64,000 nt of DNA from the NCBI RefSeq assembly GCF_000485595.1, contig NW_014577077.1, positions 684,063 through 748,062 on the forward strand. The letters are read 5' to 3'. Below the pieces are notes generated by a model that did not search any database, had not been told where the DNA came from, and saw only the letters and a program-made list of their open reading frames with translations. This DNA comes from Priapulus caudatus. Lineage: Eukaryota. This document shows, piece after piece, positions 1-14,286 of the stretch. Every line of letters starts with the position of its first letter. Within the stretch, counting starts at the first letter, position 1. The position numbers and the translations under genes are program-made.

Positions 1-1393
1 AACCTAGCTTGGATCCATATCACAACTTGTTTTTTACATGGTTAGAAGTAATTGGGCAAAGTTTCATGCTTTTATCACAAAAGTGAACAATTCAGCTATT
101 TTTTGGACGATAGCAGCTGTACTATAATATAATGTACTCTTATTTTATTTGTGGGGATGGGGACATCAATGTAAATTGTATGTATTATTAATTCCATGAG
201 TGTGGCAAATTTTTTGTTAATACATGAACCTATAATTATATTTACATTACTACATAGCACTATTACACTTGTAACTCATGATCCAAACATCCTTTGAATC
301 CATTCGCATTTACAATGCCGCCTCAGAGGCTCCGACACCTCTGACCTCTCCCATCTTCTAAGTTCTATCATAGTACCAACTACCATACTACCATTCTGTC
401 TACTGCTCCCCTTCTCAGTTCTCACTCTTCTCTCTCTATATATGTACACATGCTTCACTAGTCACTACCTTTAGATTGCTTATTGTTTTGTTACTCTGTA
501 ATAAACATACAGTATGAACCACATTATCTTTTCGTTTGGATGCAAATAAATGTTTTTTTATATAAAAATACCACTGCATGTGCAGTTGTTTGTTTCTTTT
601 TTCAGTCTCAAAATAAGAAAGTACACGGTTAATTTGTCACGGTCTCACAGAGATGTGTGCCTGTGGGTCTGTGACATCCCATCACATCTGTCAGCATAGT
701 TTATCATTGACTATCATTCATACAGACAATGTATGAATGCAATTGTAACCACATCATTGCAGATTAATACAAGGCAAGAGCTGGACTCAGCTGGTATTAT
801 TGTCAAGTTAAATTTAAATATGAATGAAAGTGTCAACAGTTTCTAGTTCTACACTCTGTTGTATAACTTCAGAAGTAGATAATAGGGAAGGAATGTGACT
901 TCAATAAACAAGGGAAATTCGTCATTTACTAGCCTTAGAATACCTACGATTTACTACGCGTAACTCAACCAACTTGAGCTCAAATCGTACACAGTACATT
1001 CGCCTAGCATCGTGCGAAATCGTTTCCTCGTATACACCCGCAATCCGGAGATACGGACTAAAACGTACGACAGGATTCTCCATTCTGTTGCCAGCAAACC
1101 GAATGTATAACCCGCCTAACTTGAAACAAAAGGCAGCTACTAATGACTCTTGCGCACTCTTGCTCCCTCGGCGATGCGGTGTGGCTCGCTGGGAGATAGG
1201 AGCTGGAGCTGCTGCTGATTGCGGTGGGCATGCGTGTGTGGGGGGCATACCAGCTGTAAATAGGTCAAAGATTAGCTCGCCGAGTGTTGCGTCAATGTCC
1301 AATCTCCCAGCGAGCCACACCGCATCGCCGAGGGCACAAGAGTGTGCAAGAGTCATTAGTAGCTGCCTTTTGTTTCAAGTTAGGCGGGTTATA

Positions 1394-4300
1394 CAGGGTG
1401 AACCAAAAAAAATGCAACCCAAACAAGTGTTAATAACTTTTTTGATATTGATGTTAACCCTTTCATTTTTCAGATTTAAACAGGTGAATAGTTGCCAATC
1501 AGATTAGAATCAAGAGTTTTTCAAGATGCCTTGGACTCTTCGACAGAAATCATGGTCCGTGGAAACGTACTTTTCTACCAAATCGTTCAAAACTGTACAA
1601 GCACGTTTCAAGAGGGAATTTAATTGCCGCACCTATCCAAACAAAGGACTCATTCTAAGATGGGTACAGAAGTTCAGGGTGCATGGGACTGTCAAGAACC
1701 TCAATGCAGGAGTGCAAGGACAGAGGAGAACATCACCTCAGTCAGGACTTCGGTTGGCCGCAGTCCAAAGAAGTCGTTACGTTGGCGCAGCCAATGGGGG
1801 GCGCCATTCGCAGCAAAACCGTGTCGGTTATATCTTGCATCATACTGGAGTAAAGTTAAACAATTTAATTGTCACAAACAAAATACAAACAGGTTTGTAT
1901 TTACTTTAATTATTTAATAGTTTAAAATAAATGATTATAGCCTTAATTAACTTTTTATTGTCAAATATAATAGCATGTTGTTATATGATATCTATGATAA
2001 TTAAGTAAGCGTGTCGCGGACGTGGCTATTTTTGCGAACGGTCAGGGCAGCGGGTAAAACGAAGTTTATTACTGCTACTTGTAGTACTAGCAGCAGGCGT
2101 AAATAATATAGGCATCCTGTATTATCTTTACTCCTTGGTCGTACTAGTACATAGTAGTACTAGTGTACTAGTAGCTAGTTAGCGGAGTAGATAATATAGA
2201 GAGTGCGCGTATATTATCTGTACTCGCTGTAGTAGTGTACTCCGTTCTTTACGACTTTAGTTTGAGAGCCACCTAATGACATAGTTATTAGTAGATACTC
2301 GTATAGTTTACTTTATAGTCATACTTATACTAGTTATCGCCTGTGGCTATATGCCGGCAGCAGGGCACGCAGTCATTCGTTTCCTAAATGCCCGCGCGCA
2401 GTTCTTAACCCTAACTCTTAACCCTAACCCTAAACTAAACAGAACCCTTAACTCTAGCCGCTAAACCTACCCTACCTAATTCCTAACTCTAACCTAACCC
2501 TTGTGTACTTTGAGATACGCTAAAATAAACTGCCGGGATTAGGAAATCGAGACCGTGCCGGCAGCCGTAGTTATACGCGGCTGCCGGGCATATACCTGTG
2601 GGATAGTTATACTTAACTTATGTTATCGATTAGGCAAGTGGCTACGGGGTTACGGTAGCCGTATCTTATGTCGCGAGGATACGGTACGGGGAGTCCATTT
2701 TCGCTTCATACGTGGCGCCAGATTTCGAAATAACGCCTTGGGACAATAATTCCACGATTTGAAAGTTTAGATGACTAGAACTAACTTAAACCTACCCTAA
2801 CCTACCCTAAACCTAACCTAACCATAACCCTAAACCTAACCCTAACCTAATACTAACCCTAACTAACCCCCAAAGGGGCTTCAACGACCGCGGCTACCGC
2901 TACCTCTAGCCACTGCCGTATAAAGGCCCCAACTTGATTAACACCAGTTGTTTCATACATGTATATAATTATATATTATCTGTATTGTTTATTTAGGTGG
3001 CTGTCAAACTCTTAGTGATTACTAAGAATGGAGTACTTACACAGTAACATTTGTGGCCCTTGGTTTGTCATATTGTGTTATGTTGCATTAGGCCCAGGAG
3101 CTAAAACATGTATATTTAGCTCCTTGCATTAGGCTATGGCTATCACACCGCGGCATTAGCCAGCCGCCTTTTAAGCTAACTACACCGTACGGTAGTAATA
3201 AGCGAGTGATTACCATTTACTTCATGAATAGTATACAGCTGACCTGAATACAGGACCATGCTGCCTGAGTAGGCCGTACTGTACTTTCAAGATTGTTTTG
3301 GTTTTTTATATTCAATACATTAATACTACAAATTACGTGTATTATTAATGCCATTACTGTATACAACTAATACTGCATTAGTCTACTGTGTAATTTACAT
3401 CAGTCATGACAATGTATGTTGTGTTTCTGTACACTGGCACTGGCAGCAGCGATCAAGTTCGCCCCACCACAGTATTATGAGTGTATAGATATTATATGTA
3501 TAATAGCAGCTAAGCGGGCGGGACACACCTATGGAAATTTATTCGATAACCGCAGCAGATTTTAAAACCGCCGCGGAATTGCGATGGTGTGTCGGGCTCA
3601 AGCGCTAGGTCTCCTGGCGAATTCTCATCGCCATCGAAATTCGCAGCGATCAACCGTATGTTGGATATTTTCGCTGAGATTTTTACGCTGCCGTACAGGA
3701 CAGTACAGACAGACAGTAGATCGCGTGTAGTAGTGTCCTGCGGTCGTGCCGAATAAATTCGCATGGTGTGTCCCTCGCTTAAGTGCAGATGTACTTCGAT
3801 CCTTGCCACTATATCATATATGTCCCTTTTTAATTTATCCTTGTATGGAACACTGATATATAATATATATATTATTATATTATTATAATATGGTATTTTA
3901 TGATCATATATCAGGGCTGCAATTTTAACAGTCGTCGCGGTCGTCCTGGTTGACGACTGGCATTTCTCTCGGGCAACTACAATTGCTTCGGTGTTGTCCG
4001 CGCTGGTCCACCTCCTAAATTAATTTTTTTTATTTGGGTTTATTTTTGAATTTTGAATTTTGCGTTATCTGTGACTTGACACAGTGTTAATGGTAAATGT
4101 TATGAGATAAATTTTCATTGCCACTTTTACATTTTCTATATTGATACGTCATGATCCCAGCATCATTTACCACATTACCAGATCATTTTTATTCCTTCAT
4201 ATAATGAGTGAACAAGCGCGAATGGCGAGGGGACCATGTTGCCCTGTCACTGCCCAATATGTACAAATGCTACATGATTAGCCTAGGCCTTTTGCTTTAC

Positions 4301-7300
4301 AGCACTGAGCATACGGACGGCACGCAGGCAATCAACGACAGCACACGGCACAGGAGTGAGCAGAGCGCATGCAGCACATGATTTAAATAATATCCGGGAC
4401 AACCAAAACTTGAGCGGACAACCATACTTTGGCGTACTCTCTTGGTTGGTCCTCGGACACCCAAAAAAAACTTAATTGAGCACTGTATTATATGTGACAC
4501 TGTATATATATATTTTAATATCATAAAGTCCCTTGGACTTTGAAGACTAATCTTTATGTGGTTATGAGGTATAATAACATGACATTTTTGTCATGTTAAC
4601 ATTACTAGCAGATAACATGAACTATGACTCTTTGGTCTTTTCATGTATGACCGTTTCTTGGAGGCTTCTTGTTCTGTAGCTAGGCAACATTGCACAGTGC
4701 TTCCTACTTTATCAGGCCACGGATAAACGGGCAAATTGTTACATAACCAGGAACCGTCTTTGAAAAACAATCCTTACGCATGTGTATATGTTTACCGCTA
4801 TATCGGGACCACTGCTTAATCTACCACGGGACCATGCACTGCTTTATCAGGACGTTTTTATGATTCCTGACGTGCGACGATAAACCAGGGACCACTGTAA
4901 CATAGTAATAGTTCCCTTCTGTTATCTGCTGCAAGTTACATGAGTCAATTCATACAATAGGTTTAAATTATATACAAATAGTTGTGTGAACCAAACAATG
5001 TGAATGGTAGAGCATTAGAGGGTACTGGGCCAGAACCTTAGGTGACAATTTTCGACTATTTACGGCCCATGCATCACAAAGAATATGTACATAAATAAAG
5101 TTTTGTTCAGATAACTGCTAAAGATAAATGCACTAATGGTATGACAAAATGATTGTGATCTTCTGCATTTATGTGTACACTCCATTGTTCACAAACCTGC
5201 AATTTATCACACAAATCCTTTTATAAACTATAACTTTAACGGTCTTACAAAAAATTATTATATATATATATATATATATTATCAGGGTGTTTATATATAA
5301 GTGGCACAGTGCGCACGCCGTTGTCAAATTTTAACATCGCCGTTGTGAAAATGTTCCTGCTATTTCCTGATAGTATTATTCCATGCTATCTACTATACCT
5401 ATAAGTATATTCAATGCATCACTATATTGGAAGTCCATCACTTGCGCCGTTTTTTTCCCAAACTTGGCACATGTACCTCTGTTGTCTACTTTTCGCTCCC
5501 TCAGAAGAGACCCTGGATATATATCTTATATATATAAGCTTGCTTCAGCCGGTGAGTCCGTACTCGCCATAACTAGAGAACTCGCAGCATTAGAAGCGAA
5601 AACTAAAGATATTTTCAGAATCAGCAACGCTTTAGCTATGTCGGTTCTGGCTGGCAAACAAAATTTATAAAACGTTAAAACGTAAAAATGAATAAATTCT
5701 ATTTCATAAAATAGAATGGCAGAGCATACATGATCAACACACGTGACGCTGTGAATCCATGGGGTGTATAGGTAGCGGCTATTGTCTATTTCAGGCGCCG
5801 TCAGGAGATAATTTGCATACTCTTTAAGTCACGTGCGTTTGTGTTAGATACCAATCAGATGTTAATCGCGGTGGAAGAAGCTGGTGGAGAGCGAGAGAGG
5901 CGGAGGAAGGGGAAGGTGGTGGAGGAGGGAGAAGCTGGTGGAGAAGCGAGGGTGAGAAGTGGTGGCAGGGGTGCCGTGCGAGAAGGTGGCAGGGGAGCGT
6001 GCCGTCTCCCTGGCACCACCTTCTCCCTTTCCCCACTGTCACCACCACCTTCTCACCACCTCGTCCTTCTCACCGCTTCTCCCTTCTTCTTCTTCATTCT
6101 CACCGCTTCTCCCCTCCTCCTTCCTCCACGCTTCTCCCTCCTCCTCCCCCACTTTTCCCTTCTCCCCTTCTCCTTCTCCACAGGCTTCTCCCCTTCCTCA
6201 CTAGCTTCTCCCTCTCCTCACCACCTTTCTCCCTTCTCCCGCTCCTTCTCCACAGCTTCTACCATCTCTTTCTCCACCACCTTCTCCCTTCTCCCCATCC
6301 TCTTCTTCACCAGCTTCTCCCCTCCTCCTTTCTCCCCACCTTCTCCCTTCTCCCCTTCCTCCTCCTTCACATCTTCTTCACAGCTGGAAGTGACCGTCCG
6401 AACACGCGCATTACTCTGATGGTTATAAACACAAACCCAGTAATTAAATAATGCAAATTATCTCCTGTACGGTCCTGAATTAGACAAACCTATAGGGAGT
6501 ACCGAAGTGTGAAGTCACGTTGGCAAGGGAAAGCGTACGGGCTGGCTTCTACACAAGCGACTGGCTCCATAACATCAGGCAGCTAGATAATAGGAGGGAG
6601 TGTGACATTCAATAAAAAGGGAAATTCGGTCATTTACTAGCCTTTAGTAATACCTACGATTTTACTACGGCGTAAACTCATCCACTGGCTCAATTCGGAC
6701 ACCAAGTACGATTCGCCATCATTCGTACGAAATCGTTTCCTCGTATGACACCGCACAATCCGTANNNNNNNNNNNNNNNNNNNNNNNNNAACAATCTGGG
6801 CATTCGCAGGAGCTCCTCTGAGGCAGATATTATCTGCCCGGTCAGCTTCAGGCTTAATTTTCTATCCTGTATGGGTACGAATGCAGATCCTAAATCAAAA
6901 ATCTCCCTCAAGACATCCCTCGGAATGCCGCAATTGTTGGCTGCGCCAACGTAACGCACTTCTTTGGACTGCAGGCCAACCGAGGTCCTGACTGAGGTCA
7001 TGTCTCCTCTGTCCGCTTGCACTCCTTTGTCTCCCTGAGTAGTGTGGGAGTATTCCCCTTTGCATTGAGCGTTCTTTGACAGGTCCCGATGCACCGTGAA
7101 CTTCTGTACCCATCTTAGAATGAGTCCTTTGTTTGGATAGGTTGCGGCCAATTGAATTCCCTTTGCAACGTGCTGTACAGTTTTGAACGATTTGGTCGAA
7201 AAGTACGTTTCCACGGACCATGATTTCTGTCGAGGAGTCCAAAGGCATCTTGAAAAACTCTTGATTCTAATCTAATTGGCAACTATTCACCTCGTTAAAT

Positions 7301-7380
7301 CTGAAAAATGAAGGGTTACATCAATATCAAAAAAGTTATTAACACTTGTTTTGGTTGCATTTTTTTTGGGGTCACCGCTG
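1394..7380. mobile_element. Tc1/mariner-superfamily derivative with transposase N-terminus in both inverted arms
   Basis: TA|CAGGGTG...CACC(G)CTG|TA with TA duplication inside family A. ORF 1526+ (MPWTLRQKSWSVETYFSTKSFKTVQARFKREFN...ILRWVQKF, DUF4817-like HTH) has an inverted copy at ~6790-7248. Another right-end copy at 12478-12661. Confidence 0.75.
6765..6789. other. Assembly gap (25 N)
   Basis: N run. Confidence 1.
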
Positions 7381-10300
7381 TACATTCGGTTTTGCTGGCC
7401 AACAGAATAGATAATCGTGTCATACGCTTTTAGTCCTGTATCTCCGGATTCGGGCGGTGACGAGGAAACAATTTCGCACGCATGCTAGGCGAATGTACAG
7501 TGTGTACGATTTGAGCTCAAGTTGTTGAGTTTACGGCTAGTAAATTGTAGGTATCTAAGGGCTAGTAAATGACGAATTTCCCTGTTTATTGAAGTCACAC
7601 TCCTTCCGCTATTATCTACTTCTGATAACTTGTATTATCATCATCATTAATTAATATGTATTATTAAATTTAGTATTTTATATTATTCATTATTATTTTG
7701 CTGACACTTTCTAATTTCTCTTTCAACTTGATGACTGACAGGCTGAATTATAACTTTTCAGGGCCGTAGGCTGGTAAATACCTAAGGGAGGTAGTGCGGT
7801 TCCATGATTTCAATGAGCGGGCTGAGAAACAGGTGGGCCGGTCTGGGGTAAGATTTTGAAATGTAGATCACATGAGATGGTATTTGAGGCAGCTTTTGAG
7901 TACTATGTACAGCCTTCATTCTGACTACGACAATTCTCATTTAGTGAGAACACGTAATATTTTTTTTAAATTTGCTCAAAAATCTAGCCGGGGCAGCTGC
8001 CCCCTTGCCCCGCAAGCTACGGCCCTGACTTTTAACCAAAACCTTGTAATTTTTAATACTCTATACTTTATAATAGTAAACAGAGCGTTCCAGTGTCCAT
8101 CTGACATAAACTTCACAAAAGTGACAAAAACCCTAGATTATAATGCACCAGCAAGATTAGGGAGTATAAAGAATGAGTATATAAGCAATGAAAAAGGGTT
8201 GGAGAAGTCGGAGGCAAGTGCGAGTTCGGACGTTTTTTATGCCAAGTGCCGCCCAATCACGAGCAACAAGCCAATCAGCGGTAGTGTCCTCCACCATAGG
8301 GGGCCAGAGCCACGCTTTTTAGGCGCCATGCTGCGCGGCTTTATATTACATCCCAAAAATGCCGTATCCGCGTCGCCCCCCGTGTGCTACGGCCGTCAAA
8401 TGGCTTCGTAACGTTTGCCGCCTCCGCCGTCTATAACCTTAAGACCCCCTTTGAACATATCGTGAGAGAGGTTGCGCTTAGCAAGAGAAAAATGCCAACT
8501 TAGACTGCATATAATCGATCAGTGTAAACCAGCCCTCTAAGCCACTTGCTGGATGCCTAGGTGTATATGTAGGCCACTCGCTGTTACGTACGTACTTGTG
8601 TTACATTTCAATTATCAGCACGGCGAGCGATTTTCTCTTCGGCGCAATCGCCTCCCGCTTATTGTTCTTACCTGAAGCGATTTTAGAGCTTACCAGAGCG
8701 AAATCGCCTCGTCGCTCCCCGTGCTATTTTTTCCCTTGGCGTTGGGCGGGGCCGGGTGCATTGACTGGTGCATAATGCCGCAATGCGCGCTGATAGAAAT
8801 AATTTTAAATAGCATTCAGACGCCGGCTTTACAATCAAATATTGCCATTACTAATGCAAAGGCGCCCCTCACCAAAAATTGAAACCCTGGAGAAGTGAAT
8901 AAAATTACACACATTCGTTTCTCTGAGCAAGAATTTAAAGCCGCGACAGTAGCCGCTAGGGATTTTTACTGCCATACAAACTGCCACTTACTGCTATAAC
9001 AAATCGTCTATACCAGGGCGTCCTCCAACCCTGTGAACTCAAATGCCGCGAATGCCAACAATTTAATGCGACAGCGGGCGGCGGGGCGCGGCTGTAATTA
9101 ACCCTTGGCTGCCGCAGGCAGGCCCTGCGTGCTCGTAGCGCATGCCATGTTCTAGGGGGGTGTTGGGGGCATGCCCCCCAGAAAAATTTTTGAAAATAAT
9201 TTAACGCCATTTTCCTGCAAATCTGAGGCATACTTGCTCGGGCCAAATTATTTTCATGTCTGATTGCCACACAATCTCAACCCCTTAGGAACTTAACCCT
9301 ACATAGTTAGGCATTCAAAAACAGTTTTCATAACTTTCAATGAGCATACACAATTAGGTACTATAGCTAATAATACATGTTATTAAAACACAGGGTTAGA
9401 ATTGCCAATTTCCTACAATTTCACGTGTTTCTTGCTATGTTGTGCAACCATACTTTTTGGCCTATTTTGCTGCAGTCTGGAACCATTTTCTTGAAGAGTT
9501 CATTTGCATGGTCTGCTGGCCCTCAAAGGCACATATGCCCTGCTTCAATTAAATAATTCGCTTAAATCTCACCTTCTGCGTGAAGGCCAGACAATTCTCT
9601 ATCTGCCTGCAAAGAAGCTTGATATATTGGGCTGTAGATTCCTCTGCAACCCGCATAAGCACTTCTGCTGCTTGAGAGAACACGATATATGCTTTGGCAG
9701 TTCACCCACCTTCCTCCGTGCCCCACTTGAAAGTCTGTCTTGCATACCATGCAATAGCCATTGAATAAAGCCCACTTGATACTGGGGCGTGGCGCTTTCG
9801 ACTTCACACAGTACAGGCCCACATCTGTGGTATATTCGCTTCCTGACATTTCTGTAAAAGTCGCGGTTTTTTGGATGGCAATGGCAATTGGACGCCCATT
9901 CTCCCACGTGTTAAAATCTGATTAGCAGACCAAACTAGCGCCGCGACACCTTTTGCAGCACAGCGCCGGTCTGAAAAACTAGTGCTGCTTCCATTTACCG
10001 TACATAAGCCAGATACAAAATGGCATAGCAAAAACACATTATAACCACTTGAGCGATGGTAGCGGTGGGGTGCAAAACTAATTGCGCAGAGCGTGCATTT
10101 CCAAGAAACGACTTCGCGCAAGTGGGACGGGCTATAAATAAACTCGGTGGCCAGTGCCAGGCACTGCGCCGCCTGAAAAAAAAAACAATTGTGCTCAAGC
10201 GAACAAGATGCGAAACAATCAGCTGCCAAATTATCATACAGCTGCAACTGAACATGAGGAATTATAAACCTTGCCGCGCTGCCCGCCGGAGTGCAGCGAA

Positions 10301-12477
10301 ATTAAGCCTAGAAATTCGTAATAATTCCGCCAGAATGCAGAATGGTTTGGCAGACCCTTGCTATAGCCACACGTATTTGTTACCATGATACCTTAATTTT
10401 AATTTGTTACAATTCAATTTACACATCAACGCTACGCAATTTGCAACGCGCGACATGGACACCCCGCGACCGTGCTGCCCCCACCGAAAAAGCTTGCCGT
10501 ATTTGACAATTTATTATGCGCACGAGGCCCTAATCACAAAAGCTGCATTTTATATTCTATAACCTAAATAGCCACCCTATTTAAGTCTGAAACGATATTC
10601 ATTTTACGGCAAATTTATCCATATTATAACTGAAACTATATATGTCGTTTATAAGTATTACAATCAGTTTTGCTTTTAAATAAATAAATAAGCAAACTAC
10701 CCTCGCGCTCATGCTAGCCCTTGCGCTGGAAAAGTTGGTGTTTGCGCCAACTTATCAGATCGTGCGCTCTTGAGTGGCGCCCACCGTTCAGTTGTAATCA
10801 AACTGTAAGTCGTTAGTTTTAAAACATTTTTTTAAATATTTTCTAATGGTGCATTTGAACATGAAACTTTTTTACTGCTAGCATAATTATAACCTAAATT
10901 AGCTGAAAATAACCTTTAGAACTAGCAGTACGTAGATACAGCCTAAAACGTACGACACGATTCTCCATTCTCTGGCCATTAATCCAACGCCCATTGCGCG
11001 CCTATAATTCAGACAAAAGGCAGCAACCTGGCTGTGTTTGCTCTCTCGGATAGCTGAATGTGGCGTTGTGGCTCGCAGGGAGATTGGAGATCGATGCAAC
11101 ACTCGATGAGCTAATCATTTGGTTGGCGTGCGTGCGTGAAGGCATGCCAGCTATGTACAAAGGTGGCCTGTGTAGCTGTGTACCGGGTCAAAGGTGGCCT
11201 GTGTAGCTGTGTACCGGGTCAAAGGTTATCTCGCCGAGTGTTGATGCCTAATCTCCCAGCGAGCCACATGCCTCGCTCAGTTAGCAATAGCGCGTTAGGT
11301 AGCTGCCTTTTGTTGGAATTATAGGCGCGCAATGGGTTGGATTGATGGCCAGAGAATGGAGAATCGTGTCGTACGTTTTAGGCTGTATCTACGGATTGCG
11401 GGTGTCTACGAGGAAACGATTTCGTACGATGATGGGCGAATGTACTGTGTCCGATTTGAGCTCAAGTTGGATGAGTTACGTGTAGTAAATCGTAGGTATT
11501 GTAAGGCTAGTAAAATTTCCCTTGTTTATTGATGTCACACTCCTTCCTATTATCTACTCCTGATAACATTAACTGCGTGAAAATGTTGTGCGCACGTAAA
11601 ACACGAGTGTGTGCGCTGCAGACAGCGGTAAAGCATCGGTAGCAAGTCGATCTTACAATATTTAATGAATTGAAAAAAAAAAAATGTGTTAAATTTTTTT
11701 TTTTAAACTTTTTTTGTTGTTAATTTTGTTTTTTTCCGTTGCTTTTCACTTCCATCCTTTGGAAATCTATAAAAACTGCAATAATGACTCTCAGAATGAT
11801 GGTTACAATCGGGTACAAAACAGGACACGCAGTTAATGTTACCAGAGCATATGATTGTGTAGAACCAGTAGGTTCGTTGTCATGCCACCGTGACGTCATC
11901 ACTTCGGTACTCTATACCCTTAACGGCAGGGCTCGAATTAAGCGACGAGAAGGGCAAGGCATCTTTTTTAGGGCATGTGAGAAATCGCCTTGAATTTTCT
12001 CTAAAATAGAAAGGCACCAAGGCAACTCTCAAAATTTTAGAAGGGCACCAAAGCACTTTTGTAAAATAAAGGGAAACTCATAACAAATTAGTACATCAAC
12101 ATCGTCTTGCTTTTAATGTACAAAACAATATGCCCCCATGTAAGCTTACACCGTAACACTGACCCCTGTACCCACCTCTGCTAATGGAAGTACAGTAACA
12201 AGAAATTTTACCTGCCCGCTATCAGGAGCAAATAATTATCCGATGCTGTTATTATTCCCTCCTGCGACTATCGGTTTTTAGCTCATCATTGCAACTACAG
12301 CACGCACGCGCACGTGTTATGTTGATTCGACTAAAAACAAAACTAGGGCAGTAGATTAAAGGGCACCGACGGCAATTACACAAAAGGGCAAGGCAGGTGA
12401 CTGCCGTCGGTCGGGTTGGATTTTCAGGGGCAGTACGGCAATTGCCGTCGGTGCCGTCGGTTAATTCGAGCCCTGCA
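7197..12477 (+). repeat. Redundant copy of 12478-15985 joined to a copy of 19011-20509
   Basis: Colinear matches throughout with many small indels. 1795-3480 and 6290-6764 similarly match 17140-19014. Confidence 0.85.
7759..8027. mobile_element. Short MITE with CAGGGCCGTAG TIR and 6-bp TSD (copy at ~13119-13390)
   Basis: ACTTTT|CAGGGCCGTAG...CTACGGCCCTG|ACTTTT. Confidence 0.7.
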
Positions 12478-14286
12478 TCGAAAAGTACGTTTCCACGGAC
12501 CATGATTTCTGTCGAAGAGTCCAAGGCATCTTGAAAAACTCTTGATTCTAATCTAATTGGCAACTATTCACCTCGTTAAATCTGAAAAATGAAAGGGTTA
12601 ACATCAATATCAAAAAAGTTATTAACACTTGTTTTGGTTGCATTTTTTTTGGGTCACCCTGTACATTCGGTTTGCTGGCAACAGAATAGATAATCGTGTC
12701 ATACGTTTTAGTCTGTATCTCCGGATTGCGGGTGTACGAGGAAACAATTTCGCACGATGCTAGGCGAATGTACAGTGTGTACGATTTGAGCTCAAGTTGG
12801 TTGAGTTACGCGTAGTAAATTGTAGGTATTCTAAGGCTAGTAAATGACGAATTTCCCTTGTTTATTGAAGTCACACTCCTTCCCTATTAGTATTATCTAC
12901 TTCTAAATCGTAGGTATTCTAAGGCTAGTAAATGACGAATTTCCCTTGTTTATTGAAGTCACACTCCTTCCCTATTATCTACTTCTGATAACTTGTATTA
13001 TCATCATCATTATTAATATTATTATTAAATTTAGTATTTTATATTATCATTATTATTTTGCTGACACTTTCTAATTTCTCCTTCAAACTTGATGACTGAC
13101 AGGCTGAATTATAACTTTCAGGGCCGTAGGCTGGGTAAATACCTAAGGGAGGTAGTGGCGGTTCCATGATTTCAATGAGGGGCTGAGAAACAGGTGGGGG
13201 GTCTGGGGTAAGATTTTGAAAATGTAGATCACATGAGATGGTATTTGAGGCACTTTTGAGTACTTGTACAGCCTTCATTCTGACTACGACAATTCTCATT
13301 TAGTAGAACACGTAATTTTTTTTTTTAATTTTGCTCAAAAATCTAGCGGGGGCAGCTGCCCCCTTGCCCCCCGCAAGCTTGACGGCCCTGACTTTTAACC
13401 AAAACCTTTGTAATTTTTAATACTCTATACTTTATAATAGTACAACACAATGGTTCCATGTCCATCTGACATAAATTCACAAAAGTGACAAAACCATTAT
13501 AATGCACCAGCAAATTAGGGAGTATAAAGAAGGTATATAAGCATGAAAAGTGGAAAGTCGGAGCAGGCGAGTTGGACGTTTTTTTGCCAAGTGGCCAATC
13601 AGAGAACAGCAATCAGGGGTGTGTCCCTCCACCATAGGGGGAGAGCACGTTTAGGCGCCATGCTGGCGGCTTGTTATATACATGCAAAAATGCGTATCCG
13701 CGTCGCCCCGTGTGCTACGGGTCAAATGTTGTAACGTTTGCCGCCTCGCGGTCTATAACTTAAGAGCTTTGAACATATCTAGAGAGGTTGGTAGAAAGAA
13801 GAAAAACGCCAACTTGACTGCATATAATCGTCAGTGTAAACCCAGCTTAAGCCACTGCTGGATGCTAGGTGTATATGTAGCACTCGCTGTACGTACGTAC
13901 TTGTGTACATTTCAATTATCAGGCCACGGGAGCGATTTTCTCTCGGGCAAACGCTCCCGTTATTGTTCTTACCTGAGCGATTTTAGAGCTTACCAGAGCG
14001 AAATCGCTCGTCGCTCCCGTGTATTTTTTTCCCTGGGTTGGGGGGCCGGGTGATTGACTGGTGCATAATGCGGATGGGCGCTTGATAGAAATAATTTTAA
14101 ATAGCATTCAGACGCGGCTTTACAATAAATATTGCATTACTAATGCAAGGGCGCACCAAAAATGAACCCTGGAGAAGTGAATAAAATTACACACATTCGT
14201 TTCTCTTGAGAAGAATTTAAAGGGACAGTAGCCGCTAGGATTTTACTGCATACAACTGTACTTACTGTATAACAAATCGTCTATAC

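Larger units (their letters stand above)
870..7624. mobile_element. Foldback non-autonomous DNA transposon, family A (P/Galileo-like), split by a Tc1/mariner insertion
   Basis: Termini CAGAAGTAGATAATAGG...TATTATCTACTTCTG. 7-bp TSD ATAACTT at 863-869 and 7625-7631. Own sequence is 870-1393 plus 7381-7624. Confidence 0.8.

Noticed and set aside
922..1507. ORFs of 144 and 177 aa
   Set aside because: They lie in the non-coding foldback MITE and are not preserved in other copies.
5841..6451. Ser/Pro/Phe/Leu-rich ORFs
   Set aside because: CT-rich low-complexity tract within an inverted-repeat element.
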